From: Psammoneis japonica
Taxonomy: Eukaryota
Assembly (NCBI GenBank): GCA_008632985.1
Contig: QPGO01000145.1
Coordinates: 62,001 to 126,000, forward strand
Reading direction: 5' to 3'
DNA length: 64,000 bases
In this document: piece by piece, positions 13,701 through 24,996 of the stretch
Layout of the letters: each line of letters starts with the position of its first letter
Position numbering within the stretch: the first letter of the stretch is position 1
Translations under genes and position numbers: made by a program
The notes under the pieces: generated by a model
What the model saw: the letters and a program-made list of their open reading frames with translations, nothing else
The model's database searches: none
What the model was told of the DNA's origin: nothing

Positions 13701-14793
13701 CCAGAAAGATTGGACTAAACAAAATACCTGTGGGTTCCCGGTGATGCTCTCGATTTCTTGAGTGGTAATCCCAGTCTCGATACAAGAACGTTGTGATGGA
13801 TGTCCTTTTTGAGTCCAGCATTCTGTCTATAGCCGCCCTACGAAGCGGCTCACTGTATTCGTTAAAGAGAAAACCACCAAGGTTGATGTTTCTCGGAGCA
13901 ATATGCCAAACAGGAAAGTAGTATGGATCTTCTTTTCCGGTCTCTCGCTCCCGCTTTCCTTGTGCGTCAATCCTGTAGACGCCTTGTTTAATCTTGGAGT
14001 GAATACTATCATCTTGTGGTTGTCCAGCTTCAGTCTCTGGCATGTGCTTGTAGACATTGCGAGCATATGCATTCCAGGGATGAAACGTCGCCTTGGTCAA
14101 GAGCGGCGCAAAGAGCACAGCTCTTGAGTGTGCCATTATGTTTGTTCCCTTGGTTTGATCGTCAAAGTCAGTCATTGTAACATTTGGCCAAACGGTATGC
14201 TCGTTGCCATACGTATCCATTTGAGTCGCCACCGTCTCGGGTGAAAAGCGACTGGTAAAGACACTGGCCAACGTGTAGGCCGCCCATACTTTGGTATCCA
14301 TATTGTGTATAAAGCTCTCGATAGCCTTTCTCGAAAAAGTATCATACTGAACACTAAAGTCTTTTTCCTCGTCCGTCTTGGTGAAATGCCACACCAAAAC
14401 AGACACCAACACGGTCGCACAGACAAGCATCACCACAACGGCAATCTTGACTCGATTGACCGCTCTGTTTCTCGCTAGCTGATTGAATTCTTCTTGAATC
14501 TTGGCATCATGTCCACCATCGTTGGTCTCTTCCATCATTTCATCGTCCCATTTCTTCACAATACTGTCTTCATCCTCTTCGACGAGACCGTCTTCGACGA
14601 GTCTTCGTATACTCTGCTCGACATTCATTCTTTTGGACATCATGGTGGAAGTTTGACGCAAAAAACCATCGCTATTTGTGACTGTAAGAGCAACGCTCTC
14701 ATGCCCGTCTGGTAGCTCGGACTCATCCGTAACGGATTCCTCGGGCAAGGGCGCCAATGGACGACGTGTGCTCAGTTTGCTTGATCTCGGCAT
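10780..14793 (-). CDS. Receptor-type nucleotide (guanylate-like) cyclase fused to an HD-type cyclic-nucleotide phosphodiesterase; exons 14793-12384 and 12293-10780
   Basis: Same cyclase motifs as the paralog. A GT-AG intron at 12294-12383 keeps the frame. PDE motifs FHSFEHACHV, HDVDHFG, IATD, ASDIAH and GFFDFYIIP. Confidence 0.92.
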
Positions 14794-15480
14794 GGCTTTG
14801 TTGTGACGATGAAATGACCACAAAGCCTCTTGAGTGAAATCTTGATTGAACGCTTTTGGTGGTGACCAGCAATGCCTCTCAAGTCAATGTGGTCTTGATT
14901 CCTCACCAGGCCCTTTGGTGACCTCGATAATGGAGAAAACGAGGAAAAGAGAGAAGCTTTGAAGCGTGAGCTTGCAACAATTAGCCCCCGAAACATTATT
15001 ATGTGTCCGATTCGTGGCACAATCGAGTGTCCCGGATTCATTCGCGAAGATTTCGAATTGAAAGATGTCTTGGGGCATAAGTACAACACGTTAACAATGA
15101 CTATTTTATGTCATTACCGTCATTAACGATAGGTCGCACATAGTTGAGGTGTGACCGGACACAGGTGTCCCATCGCAATGGTTGCATAATAGTATACGAG
15201 TACCAATATATTCAAAATGTCATATTTGTAAACAAGTCATATGACTTGTAAATGACCCATAAATGTTTTTTGTGAGAGACAGAGAGCGCTTTTTTCATCT
15301 GTTTGATTGTGTGTTTGACTTTGAAAAAGTGCGTGTGGTCTCCGCCTCACTTCATCACATACACACTAAAAATCTGAATCGACACCGCCCGTTGTGGCAT
15401 CATTGTAACAGTATGTCGCTGTTGCTGCTGTTTATTATTTGGTACCATATCATAAGGCTCGGTGTAAGGCGTGAAGGATA

Positions 15481-17443
15481 ATGTTATCACACTGGTTTGA
15501 ACGTGGTCTGGGTCAGATAGTAGCCCCTGATGAGAATGCGGCTGCTCAGGCTCCACCAGAAGGAGAAGGTGTCGGTGAGTCACTATGGCAAATTGTAGCT
15601 CCAGACCCTGCTTACTATGAAGCGAGTCACAAAGGCAAAACGAGTCCCAAGGAGAGAGATGAATCATATTCAGCACTGACACCCACTTCAACGAACAACA
15701 ACAAGGTTCTCTGCGAGCACTGCCATCGATGGACTCCATCTAAACCGCAATCGTTTGAAACCCCCTCGTCTACAACTGCGGTAATGACTTCTCCTGCACC
15801 TCGTGCTGATTCGCTAGATGCCATGGTGTTGGATGCAGCCAAGGGCACGGCACAAAGCATGACATCGCCTCCTAACGTGTCAGATGTGCGCAACAAGGTG
15901 TTTCGGTTGTGTGCTTCTGCCAAGCCTCTGACGGAAAAAACGTGCAATCGTTTGCGCAAGTTGTTGCAGAAAGATCCGCATTTGATCAAGAGCCGATCGG
16001 CTCGACTCGGTGAATTGGTGGAGGATGGGTATACGCCACTCTTGGCTGCTGTCGCGGCAAACAATATCGCAGCTATTCGAATTATTTTGGAATTATTTCC
16101 GGAATCCCGTTCTGACTGTGACTTGCAGGGACGGACCGCCCTGCATATTGCAGGCGAATTGGGCTACGTGGACGCCGTGGACTGTCTCATGGCTGTTTCT
16201 CCCACAAACATGTTGGGACCAGACGCTCCAGTGGACTTGGTTGGTCGTACTCCTCTGGGATGTGCCGTGACATCGCCACACCCGTCGGCACGCAAAAACG
16301 CAGAAAAGCTTACACAACAGCTCTTTTCTCCCGGAGACGCGTCCGTGTGTGGTGCACCAACTCCTGCCAAGGAACGCAATCAATCTCTGGGAGATTTGAA
16401 AATGGTGTTTGGTTCCGCCGACATGCCGGGATTTCGTGTCAATATGGAGGATGCGATTTGTGTCGAAAAGTGGAAGGACGATTCCTACAAGGCACTCTTG
16501 GGCGTTTGTGACGGACACGGCGATGCGGGATTAACGTCCCAATTCATTGCCACCCATGCCGCACAGGTTTTGCGAGAGACAGACGAATATCCCCGACAGG
16601 ACTTTTCGGCAGCGCTCACCACCATGTGTTTGCAACTGGACGAACAGCTCAAGGCTTCGAGCGCCAACCGTGGCGGAGGAACAACGGCCGTCTTGGCGCT
16701 CCTGACGAGTGGAGCCATTGTCGTGGCCAATGTGGGAGACTCGAGATGTATTCTGGTTCAAACCGGCAACGGAAGAAAGACTCGGCTCCCGCTTCTCTAG
16801 AAAAGACCATGGGGAGTTATTGCTGAAAGACAAGGAGGAAAACGACTCTGGTGAAAACCAACAAGAGTCGATGTCAGAAAAATCAACAGAAGGGCCCTCT
16901 ATTGTCGTGAAGGCCATGTCAGAGGACCACAAGCCAGACCTGGAGCAAGAACAGGAACGCATCGAGGCCGCTGGGCTTTCGACAGAGGCAGAAACCTTTG
17001 AGCAAGACGGACAAGAGATTACGATCCACAAGGTCAAGCTTACCGATATGGACCGCATGGCTGTATCACGAACCTTTGGTGACTACGAGTACAAGGCCAA
17101 CTCCACCTTATCCGCTCGTGAACAAGCCGTTGTGGCCGTACCGGATGTTGTGGTGCACACTCGTGATGCCGAACGGGACTTGTATCTCATTTTGGCGTGT
17201 GACGGTGTCTGGGACGTGATGAGCAACGAGGAGGTTGCGGCGTACGTCATGGAACACGTCGAGGCGCAGAATACGCTATTGCCGTCCGATGAGGTGTTGC
17301 CGCATGTGGGCGACTTGCTCTTGACGGAATGTTTGAATCGGGGATCACGAGACAACATGTCTGTTGTCATTGTGGCCCTGCACAAGGCGGCGGACAATCT
17401 CGGAGTCTCGGTGGGAAGGACGCTAGAGTTTCAAGTCGAATAG
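15481..17443 (+). CDS. Ankyrin-repeat plus PP2C (PPM) protein phosphatase; frameshift(s) near 16760-16815
   Basis: Ankyrin motifs GYTPLLAA, GRTALHIA and GRTPLGCA. PP2C motifs MEDA, VCDGHG, ANVGDSR, DHKP, SRTFGD, ACDGVWD and GSRDNMS spread over two overlapping frames. Confidence 0.88.
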
Positions 17444-17715
17444 AATGATGCATTCGCGGCGCAAGTGAGTCGCTTGGAGCCAACACTAGTAGAATAATAA
17501 TGAAACACTAAATAATGATTCTGAAGGCAAGAGATCAGTACTGTGATTCACTGCTTGCAGACTAAGACATCAACGTGTTACAGTGTTGAATACATGAAAC
17601 TCTCTAGTTTGTTTTCAACCTTCTATCTATCCTTCTATGACCACCAAATCTTTACTACAGTGATATCGTCATGTAATAGGCACCGCTCGCATCTAATGTG
17701 CATCTATTTTCGCAT

Positions 17716-18854
17716 CTAAACAGACCCCATAATTAAGTCAATGCGCATTTCAGGAGCCTCGTTCTTGAGCGTAGCAAATGTCTGAAACTTGAACGTGAGT
17801 GTGACATCGCTAGACCCCTGCTTGGCGGAGGAGTAAATGTCCACACTGGTTTTGGGCCTGGGTGGAAATGCATTTCGTTGCAAACTGGAAAGAAAGAAAA
17901 CGAAATACATTGTCGTGGACTGTCAGCGCCAGTATAACAGATGCTATCATACATAGCGGAATCTCAGTTGTGGCTTACTTACCACCGAGCCTCCTTCACA
18001 TGGACACTGGCGTCCTGTTCAGCCATGCTGCTTACGATGACTTGGAGAAAGCCCACCCCAAGAAAACCGCCACCTACCACAGCGCTAGTGTGTCGGATCT
18101 TATCGATTTGGACACGGCAGGCTTGACGAACCTTGGCTGGTGTTTCCTCATTCTCCACGAGATCTTGCGACAGAATCTCTACAATTGGTTGGACTCTTAG
18201 CTTTATCGGACAAAGATCGTCATCATTCGTCTTTGATTCCTCGTCCACAAGATCGTATCGAATCGGCATACCCACGGCCACCTGAAACGCAAGAGACGGC
18301 ATCTTACGAGGTGATACGGTAAAGCCAATATCCTTCATCTCACTATCGGTCTTGCCATAACGAATTTGTGAAGAAATGACCTGCACCATGGACTTCAGCT
18401 TTTCTTCGAGAGTACTACGCTGAGGATGAAGGAGAGCTGCTTGGATCGTATCCAGAAGCAAATCAGCAGCGACACGAGTACCAGCAACTCTCCATACGGT
18501 GAATGTGTTGTCTCCATCTAGCATGAGCAACCGGAACTCATCCAACAACAGAGGCACATCATCCGACAGAGACGCTCGACACGACTTGACAAGCAACGAT
18601 GACGGTGCGTTGGTTGATTCCTTTTCCACCGCTAGCAACATTTCCTTGAATCGATCAGACAGATCCTTGTACGCCTTTTCCAGCGCATGTTTGACGAGAA
18701 GTGCGTCGCTCTCTCCAGTCGTAGCATCTGCCGACTTGTGATTGAAAGCTTGGCTGCAAAGCGGAGAAACATTTCTGGGTTTCCAACTTGCGTGCCAAGA
18801 CGAAGGTGGAGCGTTCACCTTGACTTCGTTGAAGCGAGTGATGTGGTCAGACAT
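17716..18854 (-). CDS. Hypothetical protein, probably with a 3' intron
   Basis: ~290-codon ORF from ATG 18854 ending at a gtaagt donor-like site near 17980; possible last exon ending at 17716. No recognisable motif. Confidence 0.45.
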
Positions 18855-19217
18855 GACTGTAATGAAGCTGACATGGAGGAGGATTGCTTGTGTGCTTTGT
18901 GTGTTGTTTGCACAAAATAGTGGGTTGGTTGACACTTGATTGACACTCCAAAATTGACACCTCATTGGCATGTGGGAATGACGTTGGCGCTTCTCGTTTT
19001 TTGACACCGCGCGTCACGCGGCTTCAGTCTTGCAAAAGCAAATGTCGTTAAGCAGTTAACGGAAGCTTATTTAGGGGTTCAGTTGATTTCCTATATGATT
19101 TCTATCCGAAGTCTGTCCGAAGTCGTTAATTAATTGGAACCAGCAGGACAAAATGCGTCGAGCATATGCACTCACCGCACGATGCGATGGAGAGCCCGTG
19201 CGAAGATTTGTGCATGC

Positions 19218-19455
19218 GTACCGGTACCCTCTGCCGGTACTCTTAGAGAGTAGCTACAGTACTCTCTCTACTCTACTCTCTCTCTCTAGAGTAGAGAGTA
19301 GCTACTCTACTAGAAGGGGGCGTACAGTAGACTCACGATGGACGGATTGGAGAGTGTATCTAGAGTAGCTAGAGCCCTAGAGATACCGGTAAGGGCCCTC
19401 TGTCTAGAGTGGAGCTAGCTAGTAGGGAGACTGTCTACAATAGAAGTACCTGTAC
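19218..19455. repeat. Low-complexity TAG/CTA/GA-rich patch
   Basis: gagagtagctacagtactctctctactctac...ctagagccctagagataccggtaagggccctctgtctagag. Confidence 0.75.
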
Positions 19456-19845
19456 GTTATTATCCCCCTGTCACACCCCATATTTTTCATTTTTTCGGTT
19501 AGGAACATCATCAACTGTGTAGAGACCCTGTCAACGACCGACCAATGTGTGGGATGTTAGCCCAAAGCTGGGGAAGCATGCTGCACAAGAAGAAAGAGAC
19601 AAATTGGTGAATCATAGGAGAGAACCTTTCTTCACTCTTTGCTAGTACTACTGACGCAAGAGCATGCTGAAAATGCCTCGAAGCAGATGATAAGCTGTAT
19701 GGTCATTTGTCATTTTACTAAGTTTAGAAGGCGAGCGTTGGACGTACGTACGCTAGCGTTCAACACATGCGTACTTTGCAAACCAATCACTCCTGCTCTC
19801 TCAGTTGCACGTTGCCTGCCGATAAGAAAGTCGAAACATCTACGT

Positions 19846-20899
19846 CTAAAAGATGCGTGCCACCTCTCGAACCACCGCACTACAGTTCATGCAGGACAAG
19901 TCACCAATGGGCTTGTTCTCGTAGAGAATGCGTGCGCATTTCATGCAACTGACGAGTTTGTAGCAGCAAGTGGACACAACGACAGCCTTGTTGTCACGGC
20001 AAATGTAGCAGACATTATCATCCTTGTCGGCCGCCGTCTCGTCCTCGCCACGAAGCTTCAGCTCAATTGTGGGTTGATGACGGACAGTCGCAACTGCGGG
20101 AGGAGCAACAACCTGGGGTTGCTGGTCGGCTGGAAGTTGCATAGCTTGGAATGGTGGAAGTATTCTGGAATCGCTGCTCAAGCTGTTGCTGTATCTGCTG
20201 ATGGGCGTCGTGCGCCTGCTGATAGGCGTCGTGCGCCTGCTGCTGGGCGTCTTGCGCCCGCTGGGCCATTTGCAGTTGCATGTATTCTAGCTGTTCATTC
20301 ACTGCCCCAGGTCGCTGCTGCAGGAGTTGTTGGAGTTGATTCATGCGTTGTTGACGCTGCTGCCTGCGTTCCTGTAGCGCCTGATCGGCAGGTACGCCAT
20401 TGATGGTGTTTCCAACGCCGTAGGCACCGGCTTCTTCCTCTGCAACTTCATTGTTGTTACCGTTAGCGCTGGAATGGTATCCATCAACCTTGTTTTGATC
20501 ACCTCGGGCCCTGGCATATCGTCCGCTTAGTGTATTGTGATTTCCTTCAGCGTTAGAATGATCTCCAACGATGGTATTTCTGTCTCCTTCGACCGTTGCA
20601 TTACTGCCATTGATGATATTTCCATTGCCAGTGACCTTGGCGTAGTCAAAAGTGATGTCGTTGCCGTTGCCTATAACAGTCAGTCCTGTTTCAAACGACC
20701 CGTTTCCAAGTAAGCTGTTTTGAATACGTTGCAAAATTGCATCAACATCGTTGAAATTATCAGGTAGGCTTATGACATTGTCATTTCCATGAACCGTAAT
20801 ATTGGACCCGGTGATAGTGTTGCGATCGCCGTAGATAATAAGATCTGAGCCATCAAGAACAGCGTCGCTGCGACGAATGGTGGTCGGCGCTTCTGCCAT
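19846..20899 (-). CDS. Protein with GxxNxI/VxG beta-roll repeats, a Gln-rich coil and a C-terminal RING-like finger; frameshift near 20160
   Basis: Repeats GDRNTITG, GNGNIING, GDRNTIVG and GNHNTLSG. The overlapping second frame ends CYICRDNKAVVVSTCCYKLVSCMKC...CMNC...ARIF. Confidence 0.7.
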
Positions 20900-21239
20900 T
20901 TTCTTGGAGAAACTTGTATGCGTTTCCCGCTGTTGTTGTTAGCTTCAATGCGTAGAGGTGTTGTGTATCGTCTAAAGGCGAACAATCGTAAAGCGTCAAC
21001 AAGACGGTGCGTGCAAACAGAACAGAGACCTTCGGTGTTTCTTGTCCTCTTTTGCACAAATGCGTGAAGTGTTTGTGTTTGAATTGATGCGGTTTGACCG
21101 TTTATTGTTCTGATTTTTGGCGGTAGGGTCTGTCCGTAAGCCGGTCCGAATGAAAACAGCATGCGCATGCGCGGGCGAACGGCGGGCCACTTTGACAACG
21201 CACGCAAATGTCGGCAATTTTTTCATGTTCGTGGCCGGT

Positions 21240-22700
21240 TAAAGGAAAAGGGAAAAAGGAGGGGATTTGACTGTTGAACACACACACAAATTGACCATGC
21301 AACCAGGGCCAGAGTTGCGCTGGCTTCTTTTGGTCCAGGGTGGTTGCTGCAGGTGCAAAGCAAGAGTGGGGCACATTGCAGCTGCAGAGGAGGGTTTACA
21401 ATGTGACGCTGAGTGTGTGCCACCAAGCTGGGCAGCCCAGCTTGGTTGTCAGCGCCAAGCACTGCCAGGCCAGCTGCCCTGGCTCCAGCTCCTGCTCCTC
21501 CCAGTGTGCGTCAACTGTTGAAGGAGCACCACATTGACTCAAAGGCTGTGTTTTAAGTGGGGCAGAGAAAAAAAAACTGTCATCTTGACTGGTGCTTGCT
21601 TCAAACCCTGCATCATGAGCGCAGCTCCTCTTGAGAAATGAGCGAGAACAGCCATTTTTTTGGCACCTCTCTTTGGTTGCCCACTTGGCATTGCCAACAA
21701 ATCTTGAACCTAACTTCACTCACAGTTTCTTCACTCTTCAACTAAAAAAGCAGGTTCAAGTTTTTGTTGGCTTCTTTGTGGCTGGGGGGTGCTGTTGCAG
21801 GCACAAATGGTGGGCACATGCCATGCGGCTCTGCTTGGCAACAATGTGATGCCAAGCATGTGCTGCACACCAAGGAGCCAAGCAGCCCAGCTCAGCTTTG
21901 AATGAAGCCCCAGGACAGCAGCCAACTCTGGGTGATCTCAGCATGGATTGCTTGTTCAAGCCATGCTGCACTCACCCCACAATGGTTTGTGTTGGGGTGG
22001 CTTGTTGCAAGCCAGAGCTGAGAAGTCAGCAGTCAGCCAGGGGCCTGTCTTGCAAAGGCCACACATGTTGACCCTGTGTAAAGCTGTGTGAGGAGCCAGG
22101 CACAGCAGCAATTGCAACAATGGCTTCATGGCCATTGGCCCCAAGTTGGCATTTGATTGGGAGCCAGTGCTGAGGGGCTGTGAAGTGTGGGGTTGGGAGC
22201 CAGCTCACACTCTCTTTGTTGTCACAAAGTGCTGCCACAGCTGTCTTTGCATTGCAACCAGTCAGGTGCAGTTGACCCCAAGTTGGCACTTGATTTGAAG
22301 TGACTGCCAACAAGCTGTGAAGTGTGGGGTTGGGAAAGTGCTGTTGCAGCTGTCCTTGCATTGTGGTGCCAGCCAGGCACACATGGCCAGAGGAGCAGCC
22401 TTGGCACATCCTGCTGACAAAGCCAGCAAAAAGAGTGGCTCTTGTGGTTGAGCTAGCACGCAGAAGGTCTGGGCACACCCCTGGGAAGTCAAACAGGAAG
22501 GAGGGCTCAGCATTGCCACCAGTGCCAGGCAGAAATGTCAGCTTGTCTTGAGAGAGATTCGAGCGCATCCTGCTGCAGACTGTGCTGCTGCGGAGAGCAC
22601 GGGAAAATTGAATGGCTGTTGTTCTTTGGACATTTGTGAAAAGAAGTCATCAAATGTGTTTTGTGGGGCTCATGCAGAATTTGTGTGTGGGCAATGACAA
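21240..22700. mobile_element. Degenerate TpA/CpG-depleted block with an internal ~138-bp direct repeat, possibly an LRR-gene relic
   Basis: Almost no TA. ccccaagttggca...gctgtgaagtgtggggttggga at about 22139 and 22276. Confidence 0.55.
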
Positions 22701-22773
22701 CAATCGCTAAAAAAAGTTTGTGCAGTTGGCGATTTCGCTAAATGACATTGGCGAGAACGGCTTGACGTTGAGT

Positions 22774-23130
22774 CGTGCGGTAAAAAAAAAACAGCTTGAA
22801 CAGCTCAACTTTGCGTCGTCCGGTAAAAATGCTGTTCGCACACAGCATCAGCGATTGCTCTCTGATGCCATAAAAAACCACCATGGCCTGTGCTGAGTCC
22901 TTCTTTCTTCCCTCAGGGCTTCGTATGATGATCGGATGCTTGGCGGAGGGCGGAGGATGTGGAACGCTCAAAGACAAACGTCAGCATGGAAAACGTCCGT
23001 CGGCTCTCATGCTGAAACCAAGAGGGTTTTGATTTGCCTCAACGGCAAAAGTTTAACGTCTCCGTTGCCGTACGGTAAAAAAGAATGCCATTTTTTTTAC
23101 CGTCCGGTAAAAAACAACTGCTTGAACGGC
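22774..23130. repeat. Clustered motif CGT(C/G/A)CGGTAAAAA
   Basis: Copies at 22774, 22817, 23069 and 23101, plus an inverted partial copy at about 23091. Confidence 0.6.
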
Positions 23131-23490
23131 ACGCGTTTCGGCGATCTGGTGAAAAAGAACTGCTGGCACGTCAGACGTCCGAGCAAAAGCGCGCGCAAAT
23201 TTTATGCGACAGCCGACCGTTGAACACATGTGTCCTTCTCTTCGATGTTGCATGCTGTTCAATGGAAAACAAGGTAAAATTGCACACCGTCTGGGCGGAC
23301 ACCCTGTTTTCCCGTGGTCTCCTGGGGTCTTGGGTCTTGAGTGATCATCGTGCGCTCGTTGCCATCGTCGCCAAGGATTTTCGAATTGGCAGAAAAGGTG
23401 CATCTTTTCATTCTCTGTACACTTCGCACTGGAAGGTGCGATGAAGAATCTTTGATCGAAGCTTGGAAGCTCAGGGAATCAGGGAAGCCA

Positions 23491-24914
23491 AGGACTGGAG
23501 GCGAGCGCGCGGCTGCATGAAGTCAGGCGGGACTCATTCAGTCACGTGTGCGCACACACCCTCCAAATGCCACTCACCATGAGAATTGGAACGGCATTTC
23601 ATGCTGTTGCCAAACCTTTTCAACAACAGCAGTGCTTTAGAACAGTTTCTGCCATCATGTGGAAACTGTTTTCATTGCTTGTTTGAAGGCAATTGCTCAA
23701 TCGAAAGGTCAAAAAATGGATTTTGCAATTGCATCACCATCCGCTGCTCTTTTTCGTGTGCTGTCGCGATGCAATCGCACTGCGCTTTCGTGTCACTGAC
23801 TCGTTCTTTTTATTTGATGCACTTGTTTCATGCACTCATGTGGGGAGCATTTCAACCATGTTAAAAGCCCTGACGAGGAACACCGGCTCTTAGTTTCATG
23901 TCGACATTTGAGCCATTTGTCTGCGGCCGACATTTCTGCGTCAATCGAAATGGGGCTGTTGCGTGTCATGCACTGTCTTTTGGATCAAGCCAAGCAACAG
24001 ATGGTCGATTTCATTGATAATTTGGATTGTGGTGTGTGTTGTTTGATGGCAGACAACGGTGAGTGTATGATCCACAACTTGCTGCCGCAAAAAATGATGA
24101 TGTTCACCTCGAACGCAAGCAACTGACGACACTTTCTTGCCATTTTGCATTTTTCTTACTCGTTGTTGAAGGCTTTAGGCACTTGTCGCTTTATTGCGGT
24201 TCTACACTGCATTTTTAGCCGTCAATGTCCAATCTGTCGTCTCGACTTCTCACGGTAAAAATCGGGATGGATGACGTGAATCCAGGAGGAGGTTGGGGTC
24301 GGAAAATTCGCCAGCCGGTGGTTTTACAATCTCTTGACAGTAAGTGGCACTTTTGTGATGTGAAATTCTACTTTTTTTGTTGAGATGTGTGCTAAAAATA
24401 TTCTTTGCTCATTGTCCAAAGTTGACGCTTTTCGATGCACTCACGACACGCACCTCGGCACCGGGTCGTGGAGCTTCTAGATGGGGTCCGTGTTCGGGAT
24501 GCTTTTTCAATTCGGCGTTCATTTGTGTCACCGTGACATCTTTGTCCACACCCCGCAGCTTCAATTCCGTCAACCAAGCATCAGCACTAACCCAATGCCC
24601 AACAAGAGACAACGTTTTCCGTGGCTTTATCGCGTCGTCGAACGCTGCGTGGATCGTTCTTTGTTTTGGTGCCATTTCATCGAATCGGCTGCACCCAATG
24701 CACAAAGTAGACTAATTGGGTATAGGTGGTTCGTAAACACTGATTAGGTGCAGTGAATATTGTTACTAGCAAAAGTTATTTGCATCGGCATGCCATTGTC
24801 GCACCCGTCGTCATTTTTTCCCGCGGTGCACCGCGGTGTCCAGATGGAAGCGTCGACGAGTCCCGAGCAGGCGGGACTCAAAACTTCATGTAGCCGCGCG
24901 CTCGCCTCAGTCCT
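23491..24914. mobile_element. Non-autonomous or internally deleted DNA transposon with ~33-bp TIRs and a probable TA target-site duplication
   Basis: Left end aggactggaggcgagcgcgcggctgcatgaagt (23491-23523). Right end reverse-complements to aggactgaggcgagcgcgcggctacatgaagt (24883-24914). Subterminal caggcgggactca at 23524 and 24868. Decayed minus-strand ORF at 24409-24705. Confidence 0.8.
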
Positions 24915-24996
24915 TACTACTTCTACTACTAGGGCCCTACTCTCTAGCTAGTTGGACAGTACAGTATAGAGTTTTATTTTAGCATCTATTTTCTGG

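Noticed and set aside
19639..20403. 254-aa plus-strand ORF, and similar antisense ORFs over purH and the cyclase genes
   Set aside because: Shadow ORFs antisense to better-supported genes.
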